A DNA stretch of 64,000 nt from an uncultured Acidobacteriaceae bacterium (GTDB lineage: Bacteria > Acidobacteriota > Terriglobia > Terriglobales > Acidobacteriaceae). How positions within the stretch are numbered: position 1 is the stretch's first letter; each line of letters begins with the position of its first letter. Positions 45,801 to 55,612 of the stretch are shown in pieces. The position numbers and the translations under genes were made by a program. The stretch spans positions 30,896-94,895 of the forward strand of contig CAXSAY010000007.1 of NCBI GenBank assembly GCA_964235665.1, written 5' to 3'. The notes beneath the pieces are model-generated. The model had not been told where the DNA came from. It worked only from the letters and a program-made list of their open reading frames with translations, and searched no databases.

Positions 45801-46823
45801 TTACTCGCGATCACTCCCGAACACCGGGATGCCCTGCTGCACCCGGTACGCAACATTCACCGCCCGCGTCGTCCAGTCCGACTCCGGAAACTTCGCCCGC
45901 GCCTGCTCCGCCAGCATCTGCGCGTTCTTCGCAGCGGAGTCGGCGTGCTTCTTCTCCTCCTGCACCGTCCACATCGTCACCGCCACGCCCTCCCGGTACG
46001 TCGCGTTGTAGAGCGCTTGCGCCGTTCGCGGCCCGTCCGGGAACTGCTTGGCATACTTCTCATAAAGCGCCGCCTCCATCTCCGGACACTTCGGCAGACC
46101 CTGCCAATCCCCGCACAGCTTGTTGTCAATCAAACTAAACGCCGCATACGCCGCATACTTGGTCCCCGGATAGGTCTTGATCACACGCTTCATCTCGCCT
46201 TCGTACACCTGCGGCCGCAGATACGCCTCCTGCTCCTTCGCCGAGGGCAACGTCCGTACATCATGCTGGTCGATCTGCCAGCGCACATCCGCCGATCGCC
46301 ACGCCGCCTCCCCTGCCAGCGGCGACTGCGGGAAGTACTCGAACACCCGCCGATACAGCAGATGCGCCTCGGTCGCCGCACTCGCCGGCGCATGCGGAGC
46401 CGACGCCGCATCCTCCGCATTGGCCGCTGCGCCAAACAGCACCATGTCTCCGCCCGGCGTCGTCGCGTTCACCACGCCCTTCGCCCGTATCCACCCCGAG
46501 ATCGGCGACGTCGCCTCGGCATCGGGAAACTCCGGCGTGTCGTCCTCGTTCACCGCGTCCTTCGCGTCCGTATTGGCAAAGACCTTCATCCACTCGCCAT
46601 TACGCTCGCTGATCACCACCTCGTGCCCCGGCGAAACCTCCGACAGCTTCTGCGCGTTCGGATCTGCCGCCACGTACACGTTCGCGTTATGCAGCAGCGT
46701 CGCCCGCGCCGCACGATCATACCCCGCCTGTGGCGGCGGGTTCTTCCCCTGCGCCAAAAGGGCAGCGCCGGTTGCCAACATCACGGATCCAAGGACGAAA
46801 GAGCGAAACAGGCCAGATCGCAT
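45801..46823 (-). CDS. secreted protein with SH3b-like N-terminal domain and helical-repeat C-terminal domain
   Basis: Signal peptide. SH3-like ATLLHNANVYVAADPNAQKLSEVSPGHEVVISERNGEWMKVF. C-terminal helical region. Function unknown. Confidence 0.55.
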   Translation of the reverse strand: MRSGLFRSFVLGSVMLATGAALLAQGKNPPPQAGYDRAARATLLHNANVYVAADPNAQKLSEVSPGHEVVISERNGEWMKVFANTDAKDAVNEDDTPEFPDAEATSPISGWIRAKGVVNATTPGGDMVLFGAAANAEDAASAPHAPASAATEAHLLYRRVFEYFPQSPLAGEAAWRSADVRWQIDQHDVRTLPSAKEQEAYLRPQVYEGEMKRVIKTYPGTKYAAYAAFSLIDNKLCGDWQGLPKCPEMEAALYEKYAKQFPDGPRTAQALYNATYREGVAVTMWTVQEEKKHADSAAKNAQMLAEQARAKFPESDWTTRAVNVAYRVQQGIPVFGSDRE

Positions 46824-46911
46824 AGCAGTTATTAGACGTTACGGCACGCCTTTCCGGCCCTTGGTTGCCCGGAACGGTCCGCAGCGCAATACTCGTCGAA
46901 GGAGGGGCCGA

Positions 46912-47271
46912 ATGAACCTCAGCGATCACCTGCAGCATCTTGAAGAGCTCCTTCTCTTAAACGCTGTTCGCAAAGACCCGAAGCAACTCTCCGCCCTGCT
47001 CGCCGCGGACTTCCGCGAGATCGGCAGCTCCGGCCGGACCTTCTCACGCGCCGAGATCCTCGAGGAACTCCAGACTGAGTCGCCTCTCCTCACCATGACC
47101 CTGAGCGACTTCCGGTGCTCCCTGCTCTCGGATGTGCTCGCTCTCGTCAACTACCAGACCATCCGCAACGCCCCCGACGCCTCTCCCGTCGTAGCCCTCC
47201 GAAGTTCCCTCTGGATCCTTCGTGACGATCGCTGGCAGATCCTCTTCCACCAGGGAACCCGCGTCCCTTAG
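46912..47271 (+). CDS. NTF2-like (DUF4440/SnoaL-like) small protein
   Basis: 119 aa. GGAGG SD before ATG 46912. LLAADFREIGSSGRTFSRAEIL...WQILFHQGT pattern of DUF4440. Confidence 0.6.
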   Translation: MNLSDHLQHLEELLLLNAVRKDPKQLSALLAADFREIGSSGRTFSRAEILEELQTESPLLTMTLSDFRCSLLSDVLALVNYQTIRNAPDASPVVALRSSLWILRDDRWQILFHQGTRVP

Positions 47272-48299
47272 CCCCGCATCCCAGCCGCGATCTCTGCCTC
47301 CAACCGCCCCCGCAACGCCGGATCGACATTCCCTCCACTGATCACCGCCACCACTGCCTTTGCCACCGGCAGCCGCTCCGCTCCAAACAGCACCGCCGCC
47401 AGCGACACCGCGCCCGATGGCTCCATCATCAGATCCGTGGCCGCCAGTGCCACCCGCATCGCGGCGAAGATCTGCTCTTCCGTCACTGTCGTAATCCCAT
47501 CCACAAATCGCCGCACATGCGCGAAGTTCAACACACCCAGGCTTTGCGTCCGCAGCCCGTCGCCAATGGTTCGCGTCGTCTCTGCCGCCGGCCACTCCAC
47601 CAGCCTCCCGGTGTCGAAGCTCTCCTTCGCGTCCGCCGCCAGCTCCGGCTCCGCGCCCCACACCTGCGCCGCAGACGAAACTAGGCCCGCCTCCGCCGCC
47701 AGCTTCACCGCGGTCGCCACCCCGCTCAATAACCCACCACCGCTCACCGGTGCAACCACAAGATCCACCCCTGGCAGCTGCTCCGCAATCTCGAGCCCAC
47801 ACGTCGCCTGCCCGGCAATAATCGCCGCGTGGTCATACGGCGGAATGATCGCGTATCCATGCGCCGTCGCCAGCTCCTCCGCCTTCACCTTTCGGTCTGA
47901 GCTCGCGTTGCCCACCATCACGATCTCCGCACCCAGCGCCCGTGTTGCATTGATCTTCACCTGCGGCGCATTTTCGGGCATCACGATGACGGCCTTCGTC
48001 CCGAGCGCCCGCGCCGCGTACGCCACTCCCTGCGCATGATTGCCGGACGAGTACGTGATCAGCCCGCGTCGCCACACCGCCTCCGGCAGCTGCGCCGCCA
48101 TGTTGTACGCCCCGCGCAGCTTGAACGAGCCAATCGGTTGCGCGCTCTCTGACTTCAGGTACACCGCGAACTTCGGTACCGGCAGCCGCGCAGCTCGCAG
48201 TCGCTCCGGCTCCAGGCGCACCAGCGGCGTTCGTACCGCTACCCCGCCTATCCGTTCCGCCGCCGCTCGTACTTCATCGAGTGTTACAAACTCCGTCAT
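47268..48299 (-). CDS. PLP-dependent threonine/serine dehydratase (no ACT regulatory domain)
   Basis: PLP-lysine motif ESAQPIGSFKLRGAYN, SSGNHAQG, and Gly-rich loop VSGGGL; 343 aa. Confidence 0.85.
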   Translation of the reverse strand: MTEFVTLDEVRAAAERIGGVAVRTPLVRLEPERLRAARLPVPKFAVYLKSESAQPIGSFKLRGAYNMAAQLPEAVWRRGLITYSSGNHAQGVAYAARALGTKAVIVMPENAPQVKINATRALGAEIVMVGNASSDRKVKAEELATAHGYAIIPPYDHAAIIAGQATCGLEIAEQLPGVDLVVAPVSGGGLLSGVATAVKLAAEAGLVSSAAQVWGAEPELAADAKESFDTGRLVEWPAAETTRTIGDGLRTQSLGVLNFAHVRRFVDGITTVTEEQIFAAMRVALAATDLMMEPSGAVSLAAVLFGAERLPVAKAVVAVISGGNVDPALRGRLEAEIAAGMRG

Positions 48300-48432
48300 C
48301 TCGCCTCTCCTCGTTCTAGCGCGATTACTTGGGAAGAAACACGTGTGGCCAAGGGGTGCACTGACACTGCACAGCCCGGTGCAGACGCTGGCCTCCGAGG
48401 TCGCCGTTGCTCATCCACCGTAACGCAATCCA

Positions 48433-48467
48433 TCAAAACAATGCGCCGACCCAGAGAGGATCGGCGC
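48433..48467 (-). terminator. rho-independent terminator of rnj
   Basis: On the minus strand, gcgccga / tcctctctggg / tcggcgc followed by attgttttg. Confidence 0.65.
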
Positions 48468-48491
48468 GAACGTTCTAAGAAGGAACGATCC

Positions 48492-50156
48492 TTACAACTC
48501 CAGAATGACTGGCATAATCAGTGGCCGACGGCTCGTCGACTTCTGTATGTACCGCTTCAGCTCTTGCCGGATCTTCTCCTTGGTGATGCTGTAGTCGGCC
48601 CGCTCTTCCGCGCTCGAGCTTTCCAGGGCACGCTCCACCACCTGTCGCGCCTCCGTCACCATCTTGGGATCGTCGACCGCAAACCCGCGCATCACGATCT
48701 CCGGCGTCCGTTCGATCTTGCCCGTCTGCTTGTTGATCGCGATGATCGGCATCAGAAAGCCGTCCTCACTCAGGTTCTTGCGATCCTTGATAATCAGCTC
48801 CTGCACGACATCGGAAGCAGCTCCGCCCGAGTCAATACAGATCCGTCCAACTGCTACCTTACCCGTCTTCGCAGCCTTGTCCTTACCCAACTCCAACACT
48901 TCGCCGTCTTCCATCAGAATGGTCCGCTCGACGATCCCGAGTGACCCGGCCAGCTCCGCATGACGCTTCAGGTGGCGGTAATCGCCATGAATCGGGATGA
49001 AAAACTTTGGTCGCACCAGGTTAATCAGGAGCCGCAGCTCTTCCTGGCTGCCGTGCCCACTCACATGAATCAGTCCATTCGTGCCGTCGTCGTAGATCAC
49101 CTTCGCATCGCGACGTTCCAAGTGATCGATCACCCGTCCGATAGGCCGCTCGTTGCCCGGAATAATCCTCGAGCTCAGCAGTACCGTGTCTCCCGCGTCG
49201 ATTCGCGCGAACTTGTGCGTGTTTACCGCCGCCCGGCTCAGAGCGCTCATCGGCTCGCCCTGCGTCCCGCTAATCAGGATCATCAGCTTCTCAGAAGGGT
49301 AGTCGCGCATCTGCCCCGGCTGGATTACCAGTCCCTGCGGCACGTCCAGATAGCCGAGATCCTGGGCAATCTCGGTTGAGTTGTCGATCGATCGTCCTAC
49401 GATGGCCACCTTGCGCCCGTGCTTGTGCGCCAGCTCCATCGCGATCCGGATCCGGTGAATCGAAGACGAGAAACAGGAGAAAAACAGCTTCTTTTTGGTG
49501 TTGCCAAAGATATCGTCAAGCGCCGGCCGCACCGCATTCTCACCCGGCGTGTAGCCCTTACGATCCACATTCGTTGAGTCCTGCAGCAGGGCCAGCACGC
49601 CCTGCTTGCCCAGCTCCGCAAACGCCTGCAGATCAAACGGCTGTCCATCGGGCGCCGACAGATCAATCTTGAAGTCGCCCGTATGCACAATCACGCCCAC
49701 CGGCGTGTAGATCGCGAGTGCCACGCAGTCGACCAGGCTATGTGTGACCCGGATTGGCATCACCGAAAACGGCCCGATCGTGAACCGCTTGCCTGGCAAC
49801 ATCTCAATCAAATCGGCGTTGTCGAGCAGCCGATGTTCCTCCAGCTTGCCCTCTACATACGCGAGCGTAAACTCCGTCCCATACACCGGAACGTTCAGCT
49901 CGCTCAGAATCCATGGCAGCCCGCCAATGTGATCCTCATGCCCATGTGTCAACAGAATCGCGCGTACCTTCGACCGGTTCTCAATCAGGTAGCTGATATC
50001 GGGAACAACAATGTCCACGCCCAGCAGCTCTTCTTCCGGAAACATCAGTCCGGCATCAATGACGACAATGTCGTCCTGCCACTGGATTGCCATGCAGTTC
50101 ATGCCGAACTCGCCAAGCCCGCCCAGCGGAATCATCTTCAATTTATCGTTTGCCAT
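48492..50156 (-). CDS. rnj: ribonuclease J
   Basis: IPLGGLGEFGMNCM, metallo-beta-lactamase motif LTHGHEDHIGGLP, beta-CASP and C-terminal domain. ATG at 50156 (the track starts one codon earlier at TTG). Confidence 0.95.
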   Translation of the reverse strand: MANDKLKMIPLGGLGEFGMNCMAIQWQDDIVVIDAGLMFPEEELLGVDIVVPDISYLIENRSKVRAILLTHGHEDHIGGLPWILSELNVPVYGTEFTLAYVEGKLEEHRLLDNADLIEMLPGKRFTIGPFSVMPIRVTHSLVDCVALAIYTPVGVIVHTGDFKIDLSAPDGQPFDLQAFAELGKQGVLALLQDSTNVDRKGYTPGENAVRPALDDIFGNTKKKLFFSCFSSSIHRIRIAMELAHKHGRKVAIVGRSIDNSTEIAQDLGYLDVPQGLVIQPGQMRDYPSEKLMILISGTQGEPMSALSRAAVNTHKFARIDAGDTVLLSSRIIPGNERPIGRVIDHLERRDAKVIYDDGTNGLIHVSGHGSQEELRLLINLVRPKFFIPIHGDYRHLKRHAELAGSLGIVERTILMEDGEVLELGKDKAAKTGKVAVGRICIDSGGAASDVVQELIIKDRKNLSEDGFLMPIIAINKQTGKIERTPEIVMRGFAVDDPKMVTEARQVVERALESSSAEERADYSITKEKIRQELKRYIQKSTSRRPLIMPVILEL

Positions 50157-50287
50157 CAATCTGTCATCTTACCAGCCCAGTCTCGGTAGGCTGTCGATGT
50201 TGCGGTAAGTTACCGCTCTCAGATCCTGTCCGATGGCTCGCCACAGCGCTTTAGGTGAAACGCCCTTCACGCCGAGGTCTGGACCGC

Positions 50288-51136
50288 CTACCGCAACAGA
50301 TCTTCGAGCGCCAGCGACACCTCCGTCTTCGCATCCCGGTACTTCACGATCACTGGCGTTGCCACGCTGAGCTGCCACTCCGCGCCTTTGCCGCGCGTGA
50401 TCGGCCGCGACCCCGGCACCACCACGGCACCCTCCGGAATCACCAGCGGCGTCTCCGCCGTCGCCCGATACACCTCACCGCGCACGATGTCGTACACCGG
50501 CGTTCCCCGCGTCAGCACCACACCCGCCGCCAGCACCGCGCCCGATCGCACAATCGTTCCCTCATACACACCCGTGTTTCCCCCTACCAGGCAGTCATCC
50601 TCAATCACCACCGGGCTCGCGCTCACCGGCTCGAGCACCCCGCCAATCTGCGCTGCCGCACTCAGATGCACCCGCTTGCCAATCTGCGCGCACGACCCCA
50701 CCAACGCATGCGAGTCCACCATCGTGCCCTCATCCACGTACGCCCCGGTGTTAACGTAGGCCGGTGGTACCACCACCACTCCCTTCGCGAGAAACGCTCC
50801 CGCCCGCACCGCTGACCCGCCCGTCACAATCCGGATCCCCTCTTCCGGCGCGAACCGTCGCGTCGGAAACGTGTGCTTGTCTACACACGCCAACACCGCG
50901 TCCGTCCCTACCGCCTGCAGGTGTCCCAGCCGAAATCCCAGCAAGATCCCACGCTTTACCCAAGCGTTCACCCGCCATCCCTGCGGCACCGTCGCATCCG
51001 GCTCCGCCGCTCGCAAAATCCCACGCTCCAGCCCCTCTCGCAGCTGAAGAAACGCATGCATCGCCTCCTTGCTGCCGACCGCTTCAGCGCCCTTCGCAAA
51101 CCAACCCTCAATCCGCTCTTCCAACCCGTCCTGCAT
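50288..51136 (-). CDS. dapD: 2,3,4,5-tetrahydropyridine-2,6-dicarboxylate N-succinyltransferase
   Basis: Left-handed beta-helix hexapeptide repeats (TGAYVDEGTMVDSHALVGSCAQIGKRVHLSAAAQIGGVLEP) and DAP-cluster context. Start chosen at MQDGLEERIE. Confidence 0.85.
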   Translation of the reverse strand: MQDGLEERIEGWFAKGAEAVGSKEAMHAFLQLREGLERGILRAAEPDATVPQGWRVNAWVKRGILLGFRLGHLQAVGTDAVLACVDKHTFPTRRFAPEEGIRIVTGGSAVRAGAFLAKGVVVVPPAYVNTGAYVDEGTMVDSHALVGSCAQIGKRVHLSAAAQIGGVLEPVSASPVVIEDDCLVGGNTGVYEGTIVRSGAVLAAGVVLTRGTPVYDIVRGEVYRATAETPLVIPEGAVVVPGSRPITRGKGAEWQLSVATPVIVKYRDAKTEVSLALEDLLR

Positions 51137-51232
51137 GCACAGCCTCTCTCTTGGCGCGATCGCCACACTTCTTCTTTGTCGTTCCGTAGGAATGCGCCGC
51201 TCTACTGCTGGCCATTGATCCAGCCACAAGGC

Positions 51233-52132
51233 TTATCCCAGCAACTCGCCCGCACCACGCAACTCTTCAAGCAAGCCCGCGAGCTTTGCTCGCAGCCCTT
51301 CGCTCACCGGCACCATCGGCAGTCGCAACCGCTCCTCGCATCGTCCAAGCATCGCCATCACCGCCTTCACCGGCGCCGGACTCGTCTCCGCAAAGTGTGC
51401 CTGCATGATCCGGAAAAACCGCAGGTTCAGCGCCCGCGCCTCCTCCCACCGCCCCGCCTCCGCCGCGTGCACCAGCGCCGCCACCTGCCGCGGAAACGCG
51501 TTCGACGCGACCGACACCAGCCCCACACCGCCCAGCGCCACCACCGGCAGCGCCATGCCATCATCCCCTGCAAACACCGTGAACCCGCGGGGTACCGACG
51601 CCAGCACCTCCGTGATCTGCATCACGCTTCCGCTCGATTCCTTTACCCCGATTACGTTCGGCAGCTGTGCCAGCCGCGCCACGGTTGCCGGTTCCAGGTT
51701 CGCCCCCGTTCGTCCAGGAATGTTGTAGAGCAGTATCGGCAACGTCGTCGCCTCGGCGATCGCGCGAAAGTGCTGGTACTGCCCCTCCTGTCCCGGCCGA
51801 TTGTAAAACGGGTTCGCCGTCAGCACGCCGCTCAGCCCCGGTAGCGCGCACAGCTGCTTTACTCGCTCCACCGCAACCGCCGTCGCATTGTGCGTGCACC
51901 CAGCCAACACCGGCACTCGCCCCGCTGCGGCTTCAATCGTGATTGCGACCACACGCAGCCACTCGGCATCGGTCAGCGTCGAGGCCTCACCTGTCGTCCC
52001 GCACGGCACCAGGAAGTCGATGCCGCTTTCAATCTGCCATGCCACAAGAGAACGCAGCGCCGCCTCGTCGACAGAGTCGTCTGCCGTAAACGGCGTTACC
52101 AGCGCTGTGCCACACCCCCGCAACTGCATCAT
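51233..52132 (-). CDS. dapA: 4-hydroxy-tetrahydrodipicolinate synthase
   Basis: GCGTALVTPF...VPCGTTGE...LYNIPGRTG motifs. Confidence 0.95.
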   Translation of the reverse strand: MMQLRGCGTALVTPFTADDSVDEAALRSLVAWQIESGIDFLVPCGTTGEASTLTDAEWLRVVAITIEAAAGRVPVLAGCTHNATAVAVERVKQLCALPGLSGVLTANPFYNRPGQEGQYQHFRAIAEATTLPILLYNIPGRTGANLEPATVARLAQLPNVIGVKESSGSVMQITEVLASVPRGFTVFAGDDGMALPVVALGGVGLVSVASNAFPRQVAALVHAAEAGRWEEARALNLRFFRIMQAHFAETSPAPVKAVMAMLGRCEERLRLPMVPVSEGLRAKLAGLLEELRGAGELLG

Positions 52133-52142
52133 CCGCTACCGC

Positions 52143-53423
52143 CTAAACCCACTCACCCTGGCGCATGAGCGGCTCGCGCGAGCCATCCGCGCTCACGCCG
52201 TCCACATCAATTGACGCCGAGCCGATCATCCAGTCCACATGAATCAAACTCGAGTTCGCTCCCAGCTTTGCCAGCTCATCGTCGCTCATCTTTTCCCCAC
52301 CAACAAGGCACGTCGAGTATGCCTGTCCTAGCGCAATGTGGCTCGCTGCATTTTCATCGAACAGCGTGTTCCAGAACAGAACCCCACTCTGCGAAATAGG
52401 CGACGAGTTCGGCACCAGCGCCACCTCGCCAAGCCGTCGCGCGCCCTCATCGGTTGCAATCAGGCGGTTCAGCACATCTTCCCCGGCCGTCGCGTGCGCC
52501 TCGACAATCTTCCCCTCCTCAAATCGCACCGAGATGTTCTCGATCAGCGATCCCTGGTGCGACAGCGGCTTCGACGCCCGCACAACGCCGCTTACACGGT
52601 CCTTGTGCGGCGTCGTGAAGCACTCCTCAGTCGGGATGTTCGGCTGGCAGTACACACCATTGCCCGCCGTCGTTCCTCCACCCGCCCACAGATGCTCGTC
52701 CGCCAGCCCGACCGTCAAATCCGTACTTCCATCCTGCGACCGGAAATGTAAGGAGTGGAATCGCTTCGCATTCAGAAGGTCGACCCGCTGCTTCAACCGC
52801 GCGCCATGCTCCTTCCACTGCGCTACCGGGTCATCCCCATCGATGCGGGACGCCTTGAAGATAGCCTCCCACAGCTTGCTCAACGCCACGTCCGGCGCCT
52901 CGTCTGGAAACACCAGCTTCGCCCACTCCGGCGTCGCGCACGCCACGATCGTCCAATTGATCTCATGCCGCGTGATCAACTCCATCGCCGGCTTGGACGC
53001 TTTACTCGCGGCCACATTCGCCCGCGCAATCTTCGCCGGATCCTGTCCCGCCAGCAGTGCCGGGTTCGCCCCCGCAATCGCCATCCGTGCCGCGCCACCG
53101 CGAAACGCTGTCGCAATTGCCGTTTGCAGCCACTCCGGCGCATAGTCGAAGCTCGCATCCCCGGCGTACTTGTAGCGCGCCAGCACCGACGGGTCATCGC
53201 CATAGAACGTCGTTACCAGCAGCGCACCGGCCTTGTACGCATGCTCGGTGATCCGCCGTACCAGCGGCAGCGCCTCCATCGGCGCCGTCAGCAGCATCTC
53301 CTGTCCTTCCCGCAGGCCTAGCCCAATCTTCACGGCCACCTCGGCCAATCGATCCAGCTTCTCTTCAAAGGACAGCTTGCCGAATAGACTTGTCGTGTTC
53401 AGTACTGCCGTCGCCGTTGCCAT
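52143..53423 (-). CDS. M29 family aminopeptidase (AmpS/PepS/aminopeptidase T-like)
   Basis: LAEVAVKIGLGLREGQEMLLTAP opening and C-terminal HIALGQAY...LIHVDWMIGS, typical of M29. Start set at MATATAV (53423) to avoid overlap with dapB. Confidence 0.8.
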   Translation of the reverse strand: MATATAVLNTTSLFGKLSFEEKLDRLAEVAVKIGLGLREGQEMLLTAPMEALPLVRRITEHAYKAGALLVTTFYGDDPSVLARYKYAGDASFDYAPEWLQTAIATAFRGGAARMAIAGANPALLAGQDPAKIARANVAASKASKPAMELITRHEINWTIVACATPEWAKLVFPDEAPDVALSKLWEAIFKASRIDGDDPVAQWKEHGARLKQRVDLLNAKRFHSLHFRSQDGSTDLTVGLADEHLWAGGGTTAGNGVYCQPNIPTEECFTTPHKDRVSGVVRASKPLSHQGSLIENISVRFEEGKIVEAHATAGEDVLNRLIATDEGARRLGEVALVPNSSPISQSGVLFWNTLFDENAASHIALGQAYSTCLVGGEKMSDDELAKLGANSSLIHVDWMIGSASIDVDGVSADGSREPLMRQGEWV

Positions 53424-53466
53424 GATCTCTCCACCTCTCGCCCGCGTTTGAGCAGGCCCCGCAGCG

Positions 53467-54153
53467 TTACAGCTGCTTGTAAACATCCTTGAAGTCAAAC
53501 GTGCCGAGCCGCGTCGCCAGCCACTCGGCCGCCCGCACCGCACCCTCTGCAAACGCCCGCCGCGACGTCGATACATGCGTCAGCTCCAGCCGGTCCGCGT
53601 CGCTCTCGGCCACCAGCACGTGCTCTCCCGCCACCTCGCCCTCGCGCTTTGATGTAATCGGCACCTCGCCGCCCCCCACCGCCGCGCGCACCGCATCTGC
53701 TAGCGTAATCGCCGTGCCGCTGGGCGCATCCAGCTTCGACGTATGATGCGTCTCCTCCACGCGAAACGTGTACCCCGCATGCTTCAACGCGCCCGCCATC
53801 GTTCCTGCCAGCTCCATCATCACCTGCACGCCAACGGAATAGTTCGTCCCGTACAGCAGCCCCGCCTGCCTCCGCTCCGCCAGGGCCTCCATGTCTTTCA
53901 GCCGCGAGTACCACCCTGTCGTGCCAATCACCATCCGCGCCCCCGTCGCCAGACACGCGCGCATGTTCTGCAGCACCGCCTCTGGCGTCGTGAAGTCGAT
54001 CACCACGTCAAACCCCGCCACAAACGGCGGCGTCAGCGCCATCGCGTCCCGATTTTCCTTGGCGTCGAGCACATGCACCCCGTGTCCGCGCTCGTGCGCC
54101 ACATCCGCTACCAGCTTTCCCGTCTTGCCATGCCCCAACACCAGAACGCGCAT
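53467..54153 (-). CDS. dapB: 4-hydroxy-tetrahydrodipicolinate reductase (short form)
   Basis: MRVLVLGHGKTGK Rossmann motif, VIDFTTPEA, ETHHTSKLDAPSGTA catalytic motif. Confidence 0.9.
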   Translation of the reverse strand: MRVLVLGHGKTGKLVADVAHERGHGVHVLDAKENRDAMALTPPFVAGFDVVIDFTTPEAVLQNMRACLATGARMVIGTTGWYSRLKDMEALAERRQAGLLYGTNYSVGVQVMMELAGTMAGALKHAGYTFRVEETHHTSKLDAPSGTAITLADAVRAAVGGGEVPITSKREGEVAGEHVLVAESDADRLELTHVSTSRRAFAEGAVRAAEWLATRLGTFDFKDVYKQL

Positions 54154-54170
54154 CGTTACAAATCCCCTCT

Positions 54171-55586
54171 CTACGCCGTCGCGGCAACGCGCGCCGCAAC
54201 AGGCTTTCGTGCCTCGACATCAAACACCGTCGCATCCGGCTCTGTAAAGAACGCGCGATGCAAGCTCCGCACCGCCTCGTCTAAATCATCCTCGTCGATC
54301 ATGAAGCTCATATTGATCTCGCTCGCCCCCTGCGAGATCATCCGCAGGTTCACGTGGCTCACCGCCGTAAACACACGTCCCGCAATGCCGTTATGCCCGC
54401 GGATATCCTCGCCCACCAGGCAGATCAGCGCCTTTCGGCCCTCATACTTCACATCGGCGATCCGTCCCAGCTCTTCGCAGATCTCCGGCAGCCGCTCATT
54501 CGAGTCCACCGTCAGCGAAATACTCACTTCGCTCGTCGACACCATGTCGATCGCACACTTGTACTTGTCAAACACATCAAACACAGCCTTCAGATACCCG
54601 TGTGACATCAGCATCCGGCTTGCCACCACATCGATAATCGTCAGCTTCTTTTTCGCTGCAATGCTCTTGAACGGACTGCTGCAGTGCGGTGCCACCGCCG
54701 TGATCTTTGTGCCTTCGTTCTCTGCCTCGCGGCTGTTCAGCACCCACACTGGAATGCTCTTTTGCACCGCAGGCAAGATCGTCGCCGGATGCAGCACCTT
54801 TGCGCCGAAGTAAGCGAGCTCCGCCGCCTCCTCAAAGGAGATCGTCTTCACGCGCAATGCATCCGGACAGATCCGCGGGTCCGTCGTCATAATGCCGTTC
54901 ACGTCCGTCCAGATCTCGATCGCTCCTGCATGCATCGCGCCGCCCACCAGCGCCGCCGTGTAGTCGCTGCCGCCGCGTCCCAGCGTCGTTGTAATCCCGT
55001 CCACCGTCGAGCCAATAAATCCGCCCATCACCGGCGTCTGTCCGGCATCGACCAGCGGCAGTACGTGCTGTGCCAGACGGCTCTCGATCGCGGCTTCGAG
55101 TGGCGCCGCCTTGCCGAAATGCGCGTCCGTCACAACGCAGCTGCGCGCGTCCACATGCACGCCGTTCAGCCCGCGTTGCGCAAACGCCTCCGCCATCATG
55201 CGGCTCGACAGCCGCTCACCAAAGCTGACCACCAGGTCGTTCGTGCGCGGCGTCAACTCCCCGACCGCAGAAATCCCGCGCAGCAGATCGTCAAGCGCGT
55301 CAAACTCCTGCTCGAGCGCCCCCTGCATCTGCGTCATTCGCGACGAATCAAGCAGCTGCGCCACCGTATGAAGATGCCGATCGCGCAGCCGAGTCGCCAC
55401 CGCCAGTGCTCCCGCTCTATCGCCATCGCCCGCAGATCTTCCTGCCGTCAGCAGCTGGTCCGTCACCTTCGCCATAGCCGATACCACCACCACGGCCCGC
55501 AGTCCGCGCGCTCGACGCCCCGCCACGATCGTCGCCGTGCGCTCCATCGCGCTCGCGTCCTCAACCGACGTTCCCCCAAACTTCAT
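54171..55586 (-). CDS. lysC: aspartate kinase
   Basis: VMKFGGTSV, SAMAKVTD, GRGGSDYTA, two C-terminal ACT-like regions. Start set at MKFGG (55586) to avoid overlap with asd. Confidence 0.9.
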   Translation of the reverse strand: MKFGGTSVEDASAMERTATIVAGRRARGLRAVVVVSAMAKVTDQLLTAGRSAGDGDRAGALAVATRLRDRHLHTVAQLLDSSRMTQMQGALEQEFDALDDLLRGISAVGELTPRTNDLVVSFGERLSSRMMAEAFAQRGLNGVHVDARSCVVTDAHFGKAAPLEAAIESRLAQHVLPLVDAGQTPVMGGFIGSTVDGITTTLGRGGSDYTAALVGGAMHAGAIEIWTDVNGIMTTDPRICPDALRVKTISFEEAAELAYFGAKVLHPATILPAVQKSIPVWVLNSREAENEGTKITAVAPHCSSPFKSIAAKKKLTIIDVVASRMLMSHGYLKAVFDVFDKYKCAIDMVSTSEVSISLTVDSNERLPEICEELGRIADVKYEGRKALICLVGEDIRGHNGIAGRVFTAVSHVNLRMISQGASEINMSFMIDEDDLDEAVRSLHRAFFTEPDATVFDVEARKPVAARVAATA

Positions 55587-55612
55587 CACCACCAGGTCTT
55601 CACGCGCTGTAC

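Noticed and set aside
50203-50217. Short hairpin gcggtaagttaccgc in the rnj 5' leader as an autoregulatory element
   Set aside because: The effective stem is only 5 bp once a viable loop is allowed. There is no supporting conservation information. It is mentioned only for completeness.
53424-53576. Upstream extensions of the M29 aminopeptidase ORF. The same applies to lysC at 55587-55748, M13 at 13489-13626, M1 at 23432-23593 and acpS at 16298-16402.
   Set aside because: The extensions overlap the preceding gene or are Arg-rich non-homologous leaders. Downstream in-frame starts coincide with family N-termini, signal peptides or SD sequences.
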